A stretch of DNA of 64,000 nucleotides from Candidatus Versatilivorator sp. (GCA_965207735.1 OZ242296.1:4928001-4992000), one strand, 5' to 3'. Positions 17,553-27,755 are shown, numbered from the stretch's first letter. Notes: generated by a model not told the origin, from the letters alone. Made by a program: numbers and translations.

Positions 17553-19250
17553 CCCGCATTTCTCACCAGAGTTCGCACAGGAGCGGTAAAAGGGGCCATG
17601 GAGGCATTTGAGGCCGAGTTTAACAACGTTGGTGGCTGGATCGGTAGGCAAAGGCCAACAGCGGAGGCTTCTGAGGCTCTCCGAGGAACCTCAGGCGGCA
17701 TTTTCCCTCGAAAACAGCGACACCTCTGCCATCGGGCCTGGTGGCCGCGTCTTCAAGGGCCAGGAGTGACGGTCGGGTCAGGGCACCTCAGGGCGGCAGG
17801 TGAGCCCAAGCGATGCGGAACTCCCTCTGGTAAGGACATCCGGAAGCCATGGCGACCTTGATGCGACGGACCGAGATGGTGACCTGAGCGCCGATCTTGA
17901 GCAGTTTGAGTCTGATGGAACCGACGGTGGCCCGGGCCAGGCAGGTGGATTGCAGCGCCCGCCGGCGCAAGCCCTCCACCAGCACATAGGCGAAAGAGGT
18001 CATCAGGAGCCGGAGCTGATTCGCCCGGAAGGAGTGGGTGGAGGTGCGATCGGCAAACAGGTCGAGTTGCTGCTCCTTGATGCGGTTTTCCATCTCACCG
18101 CGGGCACAGTAGATCTTCTCATAGAGGAACTGGGCGGGGTAGTCCTGGACCGACAGAGAGGTGACGACGAAGCGGGGGTTGGGGCCGCGGGGCAGGACCT
18201 CGGCTTTGGCGACCAGGCGGCGCTCGTGGGACCAGCTCTTGTGAGTGCGGTAGGAGAGGTCGGTGAAGATCCGGGCGGGCTGCTGTTGCTGGTCTGAGAG
18301 GGCCTGGGCCTGAGCCAACTCGGGGGCGATGGCGTCTTGGAGGCGGGAGTTGCGGGCCAGGCCGAAGAGATAGTCGACCTGATGCTGCTCACACCACCCC
18401 ATCAGCTCCTCACGGGCAAAGCCGGAGTCGGCCCGCAGCAGGATCTTGACCTGAGGCCAGACACGCCGTAGGCGGGAGACGATGCGCTGGACCTGCTCCA
18501 GAGCGCCGGCGGAGGCATCGATGTTGGCGGGTCTGAGCAGGGCCGAGAGCAGATGGCGGCCCGAGAAGATGTAGAGGGGCAGGTAGCAGTAGCCTCGGTA
18601 GTAGCCGTGGAAGAAGCGGTCCTCTTGTTCCCCGTGGAGGGGATCGTCAGTGGCGTCGAGGTCGAGGATGATCTCATCGGGGGGTTGGGGATGGGCTTGC
18701 AGAAACAGTTTCACCAGGAGGGCTTGCAAGGCCTCGGGGTCGTGGTCAATCTTGTGGTAGCGGGTGGGGCCTTGGGTGGGGGCGTGTTCGAGTCGGTTGA
18801 GGGTGCTCTTGCCTGCCAGGGGAGGCGAGTCGCCACGACGGCCTTTCTCTGAAAACAAGGCCATGAGGGGATCGTGACGGAGTTGGTCGTGGTCGATGAG
18901 ATCCTCGTAGCCGAGGGCGATGCCACGGATGCGCTGAGCGATGAGGGTGCGCAGGCTGTATTGGGTCCGCTTGGGGTCGCGGTGATCGGTGAAACAGTCG
19001 GCCACCTGGTCGGAGAGAGATAAGCCCCGATCCACCCGGCGCAACAGCAGGGAGCCGGCATCGGAAGTGATGGGACCGCCGTCGAAATCAGCCACCACGC
19101 GGCGGCGGCCGTGGGGTTCAAACTCCAGGGGTTTGGTGTTACACTGTGTCGGCATCGGTTCTCCTTTAAGAATCTGGTTAACTCCTTAGACAAGAGTATT
19201 TTACCAGATTCCGAGAACCGATGCTTCCTACCTCTGGTGAGAAATGCGGG
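17553..19250 (-). mobile_element. IS1380-family insertion sequence
   Basis: TIRs CCCGCATTTCTCACCAGAG / CTCTGGTGAGAAATGCGGG; flanked by CTAG at 17549-17552 and 19251-19254. Confidence 0.95.
17788..19155 (-). CDS. IS1380-family transposase, 455 aa
   Basis: ITSDAG, GYEDLIDHDQLRHDP, ILDLDATDDPLHGEQE, LRADSGF and YCARGEMENRIKE motifs. Confidence 0.95.
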   Translation of the reverse strand: MPTQCNTKPLEFEPHGRRRVVADFDGGPITSDAGSLLLRRVDRGLSLSDQVADCFTDHRDPKRTQYSLRTLIAQRIRGIALGYEDLIDHDQLRHDPLMALFSEKGRRGDSPPLAGKSTLNRLEHAPTQGPTRYHKIDHDPEALQALLVKLFLQAHPQPPDEIILDLDATDDPLHGEQEDRFFHGYYRGYCYLPLYIFSGRHLLSALLRPANIDASAGALEQVQRIVSRLRRVWPQVKILLRADSGFAREELMGWCEQHQVDYLFGLARNSRLQDAIAPELAQAQALSDQQQQPARIFTDLSYRTHKSWSHERRLVAKAEVLPRGPNPRFVVTSLSVQDYPAQFLYEKIYCARGEMENRIKEQQLDLFADRTSTHSFRANQLRLLMTSFAYVLVEGLRRRALQSTCLARATVGSIRLKLLKIGAQVTISVRRIKVAMASGCPYQREFRIAWAHLPP

Positions 19251-19254
19251 CTAG

Positions 19255-20834
19255 GAGTCTGCGCCGCAGAAAACCCGGGCAGGGCTGAATGATACAATAA
19301 CGGGCTTAGAGACATCATAGGAGGTGGTGGATGGGGACAAGGTTTCGCCCGTATCAGCCGAAGCAACTGTTGATGTTGCCGCCGGACCTGGGGGAGTGGG
19401 TACCGGAAGGGCACTTGGCCCATCAGGTGAGTGAGTTGGTGGATGGGCTGGAGTTGAGAGCGTTTTACCGGCCCTATGAAGAGGACGGGAGGCGCAACTC
19501 GCCCTACGAGCCGCGGATGATGGTGAAGGTGTTGATTTACGCCTATGCGACAGGGGTGTTCTCGTCGCGCAAGATCGCGAGGAAGCTGGAGGAAGACGTG
19601 GCGTTTCGGATGCTGGCGGCGGGGAACTTTCCGCAGCATCGGACGTTGTGCGAGTTTCGCCGCCGGCATTTGAAGGACTTCAAGCAGCTGTTCGTACAGG
19701 TGGTGAGCTTGGCGCGGGAGATGGGGATGGTGGGGTTGGGGCGATTGGGGATCGACGGGACGAAGGTGCGGGCGAACGCGAGCCGGCGCAAGGCGATGAG
19801 CTATGGTCGGATGAAGGAGCGGGAGCGGCAACTGAAGGCAGAGATCCATGAGTTGTTGAAGAAGGCGCGGCGGGAGGACCGGGAGGAAGATGAGCGGTAC
19901 GGGGAAGACCGGCGTGGGGATGAGTTGCCCGAGGAGTTGCGGCGGCGGGAGGACCGGCTGGCGGCGATCGAGGCGGCCAAGCAGCGGCTGGAGGCGGCCC
20001 AGCGGGAGGCCGATGAGGAGCGGGGGCGCAAACCGGGACAGGACCGCAACCCGAAAGCACGACGGCCCTACAAGCGGGCCTACGGAGAACCGGAGGAGAA
20101 GGCGCAGAGTAATTTCACCGATCCGGAAAGCCGGATCATGAAGACTTCCACCGAGGGGTTCCAGCAATGCTACAACGCGCAGGTGGCGGTGGACGGAGAG
20201 CACCAGATCATTGTGGCCACCGAGGTAACGGCGCAGGCGAGCGATCAGGGGCAGATGATGGAGTTGCTGGAGGAGGTGGAGGAGAGCTTCCAGGAGATAC
20301 CGAAACAGGTGCTGGCGGATGCGGGCTACTGCAATGAGGAGGACTTGCAGGCCCTGGAAGAGAGAGGAGTGGACGGTTATGTTGCGCTGGGGCGCGAGGG
20401 GAAGCGGGCGGTAGAGATCGATCCCAGGAAGCATCCGGCCAAGAGTCGTATGAGGAAGAAGCTGGCCAGCCTAGCCGGTCAGGTGGAGTATCGGCGGAGG
20501 AAGTGGATTGCCGAAGCCCCTCATGGGTGGATCAAGGAGGGGCTGGGATTCCGACGGTTCAGTCTGCGGGGCTTGCAATCAGTGCAGGGGGAGTGGGACT
20601 TGGTGTGTCTGGCCCTCAACATCAAGAGGATGAGTGCGTTGATGGCGGCCTGAAGCAAGGGATTTCCACCCAATACCCAGGGCCACGGAGGTCCTCAACC
20701 GCCCATTGTGGGAGCCCACAGGACGCTTGAGACTCTATCAACGCCCAAGTGGCTCCCAAGCACTCCTTGGAACCGGCCTTGCGCAGTAGCCTCTCGCTCT
20801 TGAACTTTCCGAAATCGTCCTGCGGCGCAGACTC
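19255..20834 (+). mobile_element. IS1182-family insertion sequence
   Basis: Perfect 15-bp TIRs GAGTCTGCGCCGCAG / CTGCGGCGCAGACTC; flanked by CTAG at 19251-19254 and 20835-20838. Confidence 0.95.
19331..20653 (+). CDS. IS1182-family transposase, 440 aa
   Basis: GVFSSRKIAR, IDGTKVRANAS, NFTDPESRIMK, YNAQVAVD, LADAGY and GFRRFSLRGL motifs. Confidence 0.95.
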   Translation: MGTRFRPYQPKQLLMLPPDLGEWVPEGHLAHQVSELVDGLELRAFYRPYEEDGRRNSPYEPRMMVKVLIYAYATGVFSSRKIARKLEEDVAFRMLAAGNFPQHRTLCEFRRRHLKDFKQLFVQVVSLAREMGMVGLGRLGIDGTKVRANASRRKAMSYGRMKERERQLKAEIHELLKKARREDREEDERYGEDRRGDELPEELRRREDRLAAIEAAKQRLEAAQREADEERGRKPGQDRNPKARRPYKRAYGEPEEKAQSNFTDPESRIMKTSTEGFQQCYNAQVAVDGEHQIIVATEVTAQASDQGQMMELLEEVEESFQEIPKQVLADAGYCNEEDLQALEERGVDGYVALGREGKRAVEIDPRKHPAKSRMRKKLASLAGQVEYRRRKWIAEAPHGWIKEGLGFRRFSLRGLQSVQGEWDLVCLALNIKRMSALMAA

Positions 20835-20838
20835 CTAG

Positions 20839-21081
20839 CCCGCATTTCTCGCCAGGTCGCTGGTGCCATGACGAAAAGCAGTTTATCTTCAGTACTTTGA
20901 TTGGCTCCATGGTAAGGGCTTGCGGGTAACAGACTGCGCTGGGCATGCCCTGGCTTGTCTTTTTCCCTTCAGCGCGCACATGCTCCCTCGCGCGTAGTGA
21001 CCGCTACGCTCTTCGGTCGCGAGCACGCCCTGAAGGGAAATATCCTGCGCCATGTTCATGCCCCCTGGTGAGAAATGCGGG
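20839..21081 (-). mobile_element. Intact 243-bp MITE with IS1380-type TIRs
   Basis: TIRs CCCGCATTTCTCGCCAG / CTGGTGAGAAATGCGGG, CTAG on both sides, no transposase. Inverted homolog of 14026-15137. Confidence 0.93.
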
Positions 21082-21168
21082 CTAGGCAGCACGGCCCCCG
21101 GCCGCCTTGGGGAGGGAGACGGAGTATAGGACGGAATGGCTTTGGATGGGGGCCGGCTGCGTGCCGGG

Positions 21169-22626
21169 TCAGGCCAGGACTTCCTTGATGGGCCTGCCGC
21201 CTAGGTCGGTGAGCCGCTTGAGGCGTCCCGCGTGGTAGTAGGTCAGGCGCATGTCGTCCAGACCCATCAGGCGAAGGATGGTGGCGTGCAGGTCGTGCAG
21301 GTGGTAGACGTTCTCGGCGGCCTTGATGCCCAGCTCGTCGGTGTTGCCGACGACCGTGCCTCCCTTGATCCCTCCGCCGGCGAACCACATCACCATGGCT
21401 TCCTTGTTGTGGTCGCGGCCGGGATTGGAACGGAAGAAGTCCATGGAATTGTCGGCCGTGCGTCCGAATTCGCCGCCCCAGACCAGCAGGGTCTGGTCCA
21501 GCAGCCCCCGCTGCTTCAGATCCTTCAGCAGGGCGGTCACCGGTCGGTCGGTTTCATAGCCCCGCCTTCGATGCTCGGCCGCGATGTTCTCGTGGGAGTC
21601 CCAGCCGCTGCAGTAGACCTGCACGAAGCGCACCCCGCGCTCCACCAGGCGGCGGGCCATCAGGCACTTGCGGGCCATGGGCTCGGTGATCTCGTCGTTG
21701 AGTCCGTAGAGCTCCTTGGTCTTCTCCGACTCGCTGTCGACGTCGAGAGCCCCCGGGACGGCGAATTGCATGCGGAAGGCCAGTTCGTAGTTCTTCATGC
21801 GGGTCAGCAAGCCGCTGTTGGAGGGGTCCGACTGCAGATAGGGCTCGTTCAGCTCGTTCAGAAGCGTGACGCTGGCCTCCTGTTCCTCCCGGCTCGTCCC
21901 CGCGGGTGGCTGCAGGTCCACGATGGGGACACCGTCGGGGTTGAGCATGGTGCCGTGACAAGCCGCCGGCAGATAGGCGTTGGAGTAGTTGACCGCGCCT
22001 CCCGAAATGCCTCGCCGCCGGTCGGGCAACACCACGAAGGAGGGCAGGTTCTGGTTCTCGCTGCCCAGCCCGTAGATCAGCCAGGAGCCCACCGAGGGAC
22101 TTCCCGGAATGGAGACCCCGGTGTTCATCAGAAAGCACCCCGCCGGATGGTTGTGGGAATCGGTATGCAGCGACCGGACCACCGCGATGTCGTCCACGCA
22201 GGTGGACAGGTGGGGAAAGATATCCGAGACCTCCATGCCGCACTGCCCGTGCCTGGCGAACTTGAAGGGGGAGCCCACGTAGATCCGCTTCTCCATGCTG
22301 CCGTAAATCCGGGTGACCGGTGTGCCGTGGTGCTTGTCCAGAGCGGGCTTGGGATCGAAGGTGTCCATCTGGCTGGGGGCGCCTTCCATGAAGAGGAAGA
22401 TGCAGGACTTGGCCTTGCTCTGGAAATGGGGGGCCTTGGGCAGCAGGGGATCCTCGAGCCGGCTACTGGCGCCGCGAAGCGTGTCCTGGAAGAGCATCGA
22501 GGACAGGGCCAGGCTTCCCAGGCCGCGGCCGAACCGGAACAGGAAGTCCCTGCGCCCCAACCCGCCCAGGCGAGGGTCGGGACCGGGCTCGACCTGTCCG
22601 CAGAAGCTGAATTCGGGCTTTGGCAT
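21169..22626 (-). CDS. DUF1501-family (sulfatase-like) protein with a Tat-like signal
   Basis: GRRDFL, IFLFMEGAPSQMDTFDPKP, ARRLVERGVRFVQV, WGGEFGRT and GRDHN motifs. Confidence 0.92.
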   Translation of the reverse strand: MPKPEFSFCGQVEPGPDPRLGGLGRRDFLFRFGRGLGSLALSSMLFQDTLRGASSRLEDPLLPKAPHFQSKAKSCIFLFMEGAPSQMDTFDPKPALDKHHGTPVTRIYGSMEKRIYVGSPFKFARHGQCGMEVSDIFPHLSTCVDDIAVVRSLHTDSHNHPAGCFLMNTGVSIPGSPSVGSWLIYGLGSENQNLPSFVVLPDRRRGISGGAVNYSNAYLPAACHGTMLNPDGVPIVDLQPPAGTSREEQEASVTLLNELNEPYLQSDPSNSGLLTRMKNYELAFRMQFAVPGALDVDSESEKTKELYGLNDEITEPMARKCLMARRLVERGVRFVQVYCSGWDSHENIAAEHRRRGYETDRPVTALLKDLKQRGLLDQTLLVWGGEFGRTADNSMDFFRSNPGRDHNKEAMVMWFAGGGIKGGTVVGNTDELGIKAAENVYHLHDLHATILRLMGLDDMRLTYYHAGRLKRLTDLGGRPIKEVLA

Positions 22627-22661
22627 CGGGGACTCCTTATTGGGTTCCGTGGCCCTTCAGG

Positions 22662-25208
22662 CTATTCCAGGAACACGAATTCGTTCATGTTGAACAGCAC
22701 CAGGCAGAGGCCGGCCAGCGAATATTTGCGGGATCCTGCTCGAGCCGGAGCCTTCGCTTCCGCCCCGGCGCCGCCTGAAAACGAGATGGCCTTCAGGGTC
22801 AACTCCCGGCTCTCGTCGGGCAGGTCCCGACCTCCGCCCAAGAAGGACAGGCACTTTTGCTTTTCCTCGGGAGAGGGCGGCCGTTGCAACGCCAGGCGGA
22901 AGGCTCGTTCGATCTGGCGTTCAGGATCCTTCCCCACTTCTCCGACGATGCGGCGGGCCATGGCCTGGCTCTGCTGGTGGGAGAAGTCGCTGTTGAAGAG
23001 CGCGAACACCTGAGGAGTCACCGTGGTCACTCCCCTCACGGGACAGGTCTCCTGGATATTGGGTCCGTCGAAGGCGCTGATCATGGGAGACTGCAGCGAG
23101 CGGCACTGCAGCATGTAGGCGGTGCGCCGGTTGCGGTCTTCGACCGGAGAGGGCTCCCACCAGGTGCCGGCCCGGTCCATGACTTCCTGGTCGATCCTGG
23201 GAAAGAAAGGCGGGCCTCCCTGCAAGGGGTTCAGTTCGCCGCTGGCCGCCAGCAGGCTGTCGCGAATGACCTCGGCCTCCAGGCGAATGGGACTGCGCTT
23301 CCACAGATAGCGGTTGGCGCTGTCGATCTCCTGGTAGGACTCCCACCGGGGATGGCGCAGAGACTGCTGGTAGGTATTCGACTGCAGAATCAGGCGATGG
23401 ATCGCCTTCACGCTCCACCCGCTCCGGATGAATTTCCAGGCCAGCCAGTCGATGAGCTCGGGATGGCGGGTCCCGCCTCCGTTCTTCCCCAGGTCGCTGG
23501 GTTGGGGCACCAGCCCCGTGCCGAAGTGGTATTGCCAGATGCGATTGACCATCACCCTGGCGGTAAGGGGGTTGTCGGGACTGGCGATCCATTCGGCCAG
23601 CACCTTGCGCCGGTTGGACAATCCCTCCAGGTTCACCGGATCGGAGTGTCCGGTCACCGCGCTGAGGAAGCCGGGCTGGACTTCCTCTCCCCTCAAGAGG
23701 TAGTTGCCGCCCTTCAGCACGTAAGTGCCCACCGTGTCCCGCAGGGGGGAGTCGGAAGCCGTAAAGGCCATGGGCTTGAAATAGCCCGGATTGTTGGGGT
23801 TGGCGAAACGGGTGGTTTGCTTGCGCAGCAACTGGTAAAGGTCCTGCTCCTCCTTGCTGAAGAGCACTCCCTGCTTCATGGCCCATCTCAGATCGGTGTC
23901 GCTGATATCCAGGGCCCAGTCCTTGAGATCCTGGGCCATGATCGGCCAGCGGTGGGCCTTCATGCGGGCCTTGAACTCGGCATTCTTTCGTTCTCCCAGG
24001 GCCTTTCGGGATTCCAGGACGGCGTCCCAGGCGGCAGCCTTCTCTTTCCAGACCTCGGGCCGGCGGCCGGCCAGTTCGAACTCGGTAAAGGGAACGGGCG
24101 TGGCCTTGAGCAGCAGCGGGGCGAAGAAGGCCTCCAGCCGGTAGTAGTCGCGGGTGGGAATGGGGTCGTACTTGTGGTCGTGGCAGCGGGCGCAACCCAG
24201 GGTCATGCCCAGGAAGACCGAACCGGTGGTGCCGACCACGTCGTTGAGGACATCCCGGCGCCGCTCCGGACCTCTGTCCCGCTGCACCGGAATCCACTGG
24301 TAGAGGAACCCGGTTCCCAGCTTGGCCTCGTCGCCGTAGTGGCGGTAGGCTTCGCCGGCGATCTGTTCCTTGATGAATCGATCGTAGGGGCGATCCTGGT
24401 TGAATGCCCGGATCACGTAGTCGCGGTATCGCCACAGATGGGAGCGGGCATCGTCGGTCGACTCTCCCCCGGTGTCGGCGTAGCGTACCAGGTCCAGCCA
24501 GTGCCGGCCCCAGCGGACGCCGTAATCGTGACGGGAAAGCAGCCTCTCGATCTCCCGGCCATAGGCCTCGGAGGACGGATCCTCAAGAAAGCGTTCGGCT
24601 TCCTCCGGAGTGGGCGGCAGTCCGATCAGGCCGAAATAGAGGCGCCGCAGGCGAGCCCGGTCGGAGGCGGGCGGCGCCGGGACCATTCCCTTCTCTTCCA
24701 GCCTGGCCAGGATGAAGGCATCCACCCCGTTCTTGACCCGGGATCGGTTGCGCACCTGGGGCATCGCAGGCTCGGCCAAGGGCGTCCAGGGCCAGGCGAG
24801 CGACCGCTCCCCGCCCCCTCCATCGGCAGCCGCCGGCAGTTCGTCAATCCATTGGGAGATGGCTGCGATGTCGGCTTCCGGCAGCGGATTGCCGGTGAGA
24901 GGCATCCGAGGCTGCTTTTCTCCCTTGAGGTACTGGACAAGGGGGCTGGAGCTGCTTTGCCCGGCCAGCACCGCGGGCCCCGCAAGGGCGCCCCCCTTGA
25001 GAATATCGGCCACGCTTTCCAGCGCCAGTCCGCTCTGGCGGGTTTCGCCGTCGTGACAGGCAAGGCAGTTCCGGCTCAGGATGGGCCGGATCTCGCGTTC
25101 GAACCGTTCCTGCGCCTCCGGCGGGACGGCAGCCTCCTCGCCGGCGGCGGGAAGCGCCAGAACCGGCAAAAGACAGCAGGCCAGAAGATGTCGAAACAGG
25201 GAGCTCAT
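22662..25208 (-). CDS. PSD1 / planctomycete cytochrome c domain protein (DUF1549 + DUF1553)
   Basis: Signal peptide; CLACH and CARCHDHKYDP heme motifs; WGRHWLDLVRYADT; NPLTARVMVNRIWQYHFG. Confidence 0.93.
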   Translation of the reverse strand: MSSLFRHLLACCLLPVLALPAAGEEAAVPPEAQERFEREIRPILSRNCLACHDGETRQSGLALESVADILKGGALAGPAVLAGQSSSSPLVQYLKGEKQPRMPLTGNPLPEADIAAISQWIDELPAAADGGGGERSLAWPWTPLAEPAMPQVRNRSRVKNGVDAFILARLEEKGMVPAPPASDRARLRRLYFGLIGLPPTPEEAERFLEDPSSEAYGREIERLLSRHDYGVRWGRHWLDLVRYADTGGESTDDARSHLWRYRDYVIRAFNQDRPYDRFIKEQIAGEAYRHYGDEAKLGTGFLYQWIPVQRDRGPERRRDVLNDVVGTTGSVFLGMTLGCARCHDHKYDPIPTRDYYRLEAFFAPLLLKATPVPFTEFELAGRRPEVWKEKAAAWDAVLESRKALGERKNAEFKARMKAHRWPIMAQDLKDWALDISDTDLRWAMKQGVLFSKEEQDLYQLLRKQTTRFANPNNPGYFKPMAFTASDSPLRDTVGTYVLKGGNYLLRGEEVQPGFLSAVTGHSDPVNLEGLSNRRKVLAEWIASPDNPLTARVMVNRIWQYHFGTGLVPQPSDLGKNGGGTRHPELIDWLAWKFIRSGWSVKAIHRLILQSNTYQQSLRHPRWESYQEIDSANRYLWKRSPIRLEAEVIRDSLLAASGELNPLQGGPPFFPRIDQEVMDRAGTWWEPSPVEDRNRRTAYMLQCRSLQSPMISAFDGPNIQETCPVRGVTTVTPQVFALFNSDFSHQQSQAMARRIVGEVGKDPERQIERAFRLALQRPPSPEEKQKCLSFLGGGRDLPDESRELTLKAISFSGGAGAEAKAPARAGSRKYSLAGLCLVLFNMNEFVFLE

Positions 25209-25348
25209 GTGGCGGTAAGAACCCGGAGGAAGATATGCGTTGTCGGAAGGATCAAGTTACCTCCAAGGGCTTGAAAAGTCAACCTCAACGCACCTCGACG
25301 CCCTGAACCGTCAATGTTTTTGCGGTCCGCGGTGCGGGAGGGGGCGCC

Positions 25349-26908
25349 TCAGTCGAGGCCGGTCCGCCCTTTCCAGATCGTCAGCCCGGCCAGGTGCCCC
25401 TGCTTGCGGCTGCCCATCAGCAGGCTGGAGACGTAGGCGATCCCGAACAGCAGCAGGTTGGCGAAGGTGCTGACCCAGAAGTTGCCGGGCATGGCGGCGG
25501 CCAACCCCGGGAACATCCCCCGTCCCAGCGGCGTGTCCATGAAGAGCCAGCCGGCTACCGACACCACGGTGACGGCGGTGGCCGTCATGGCCGCCCGGCT
25601 GTTGACCCGGAGCGTCACGAAACCGACCAGGAAAAGGCTGAGCAATCCCCCGCCCATGACCGAAAGCAGCATTCGTTGAAGGTCGTCCAGGGTCTCGGAA
25701 ACCCGGTAGAAGTGGATGCCGCAGGCGGTGGCGATCATCACCAGGCTGAACAGCAGGCTCACCAACTTCCCCACATTGCCGTAGTGGATCGGGTTCCGGC
25801 CCTTCACCCAGAGCCTCTTGTAGAAGTCGGTGGTGACGGTGGCGGCGGTGGCGTTGATGCTTGAATCCAGGGTGGACATGGCCGAGGCCAGCAGTCCCGA
25901 AAGCACGAAGCCGCCCAGGCCGGCCGGGACCTGGGTCAGGATGAAGCGGGGGAAAACGGCATCGGGAGGCAGTCCCTCCAGCCCCGTCCCGGGCACCACC
26001 TTGATATAGACATAGAGGCAGGTGCCCAAAAACAGGTAGTAGCTCCAGGTCGGCACCGACAGCCAGCAACCGATCCAGGCCCCCCGGGCGGCCGCCTTGT
26101 CGCTGGCGGCGGCGGCATAGCGCTGCACGTTGGTCTGATCGGTGCCCATCAGGTGCATCAGGATCATGAACTCGGCAAACAGGTAGGCCCAGAGGGTCTT
26201 CCCCTGCAGAGTCAGGGTGGGATCGCCCAGGTCGAACTTGTTGTCGGCGGCGGCCACCCGAATCAACTCGGAGAAACCTCCGGGAATCTGGGACAGGATG
26301 ATGGGCAGGCAAAGCAGCCCGCCGCCGATCAGGGCGATGCCCTGGAAGACGTCGGTCCAGATGACGGCTCTCAGACCGCCCACCACGGTGTAGATCGATA
26401 CCAGCACTCCCCCGACCACGATAATGGCCGGCACCGAGTCCTCCCCGGTCCGCAGAATCGACTGGATGGCCAGAGAGACCGTATAGAGCACCATGCCCGT
26501 ACGGATGAAATGAAACAGGACAAAGGTGCCGGCGGCATACATCCTGGCCCAGAGCCCGAACCGCCGTTCCAGGTACTCGTAGGCCGAGCTGACCCGGGTC
26601 GAACGGTACATTGGAATGAACAGGTGGACCGCGATCGCGATGGCGGGGATGTAGCCGAAATGAGACGCGAAGTTCCGCCAGTTGCCGTCGCCGTAGGCGA
26701 AGGCCGGCAGCGCCAGAAAGGTGACTGAACTGACGATGGTGGCCATCAGCGAGAATCCGATGACCCATCCCGGCATGGACCTGCCCGCCAGGAAATAGCC
26801 TTCGTCGGTCTGGCTCGATCGCGAGGAGCGTACGCCGATCAGGATCAGCACCGCTATGCCGGCGGCCACCACCAGTTGATCCAGCAACCTGATTTCAAGA
26901 CCGATCAT
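25349..26908 (-). CDS. Sodium:solute symporter (SSS family)
   Basis: YFLAGRSMPGW, SAYEYLERRFG, GGLRAVIWTD, DQTNVQRY and SAMSTLDSSIN motifs. Confidence 0.93.
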   Translation of the reverse strand: MIGLEIRLLDQLVVAAGIAVLILIGVRSSRSSQTDEGYFLAGRSMPGWVIGFSLMATIVSSVTFLALPAFAYGDGNWRNFASHFGYIPAIAIAVHLFIPMYRSTRVSSAYEYLERRFGLWARMYAAGTFVLFHFIRTGMVLYTVSLAIQSILRTGEDSVPAIIVVGGVLVSIYTVVGGLRAVIWTDVFQGIALIGGGLLCLPIILSQIPGGFSELIRVAAADNKFDLGDPTLTLQGKTLWAYLFAEFMILMHLMGTDQTNVQRYAAAASDKAAARGAWIGCWLSVPTWSYYLFLGTCLYVYIKVVPGTGLEGLPPDAVFPRFILTQVPAGLGGFVLSGLLASAMSTLDSSINATAATVTTDFYKRLWVKGRNPIHYGNVGKLVSLLFSLVMIATACGIHFYRVSETLDDLQRMLLSVMGGGLLSLFLVGFVTLRVNSRAAMTATAVTVVSVAGWLFMDTPLGRGMFPGLAAAMPGNFWVSTFANLLLFGIAYVSSLLMGSRKQGHLAGLTIWKGRTGLD

Positions 26909-26924
26909 GTGGGTTCATCCGGCT

Positions 26925-27755
26925 CTAACGCCTCGGCCAAACCAGCGCGCCCAGCGGCACTGCCGCCAGGACCGCCCAGACCAGGGCCGCCGCCTCCAGT
27001 CCCGCCTGTCCCCGGGCGAGCGCCTGCAATCCGGCCAGCAGACCCACCGCCATACCGGCCCGAACACGAGCCGAAGAAAGGGCAATCCCGGTGGCGTCGG
27101 CCACGGATGTTACCGCACGGGTTCGCCACATCGTCAGGCCGTAGGCCACTGTAACCATCAGAAGCAGCCCCGCCGCGGTTGCCGGCAGTGTTTCCGGGGA
27201 CCACGACAGCGCTTGCCGGTCCAGGTAGACCCAGGTGGCCGCCAAGCAGATACCGGCGAAAAACCATTGACGGCGAAGACGCTCCTTCATGGACGCATCC
27301 AGTCCAAAGGCCAGGGAGCCGATGACCCCCAGCCCGGGAAACGCCCCGCCCCAAGCCGACCAAACGGTGAGTACCGCCACGAAAACTGAATCGATACCTC
27401 GGGCCGGCAAGCCGACGCTGCGGTTGACGATGCGCACCAGAAACTGGGCCGCAAACAGGAGCAACAGGCTGGAGGATTCCACAGTCAGGAAGGCGCCTAA
27501 AGTCAGCAGCAGACTGAGAAAGGCAAGCCGTTCCAGATCGGGAGCCAGTTCCCGTGCAAAGGCCCAACCGGCCAGCGCGGCTGCCGCCCCGAACAGCGCC
27601 GCCTGCGCAATATCCGGCAAGCCGCTTCCCCGCAACAGGGCCATGGCTCCCGCCACGCCGGCGGCCGCCGGCAGCAGGACCAGGACAGCAAGATTGGTGG
27701 GAAAGCGGGGATCGAGGGTCCGAGCGATCGAGGTAATGCGATAGAGGGATTTCAC
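26925..27755 (-). CDS. Hypothetical multi-pass membrane protein
   Basis: 276 aa, strongly hydrophobic; 16 bp upstream of the SSS gene in the same orientation. Confidence 0.7.
   Translation of the reverse strand: MKSLYRITSIARTLDPRFPTNLAVLVLLPAAAGVAGAMALLRGSGLPDIAQAALFGAAAALAGWAFARELAPDLERLAFLSLLLTLGAFLTVESSSLLLLFAAQFLVRIVNRSVGLPARGIDSVFVAVLTVWSAWGGAFPGLGVIGSLAFGLDASMKERLRRQWFFAGICLAATWVYLDRQALSWSPETLPATAAGLLLMVTVAYGLTMWRTRAVTSVADATGIALSSARVRAGMAVGLLAGLQALARGQAGLEAAALVWAVLAAVPLGALVWPRR

Noticed and set aside
21232-25274. Long antisense ORFs (21232-23013, 22857-25274; also 5405-7009, 19178-20434, 35370-37319, 37803-39707, 46950-48404)
   Set aside because: They mirror well-supported genes on the other strand, as expected in high-GC DNA, and show no recognisable motifs.
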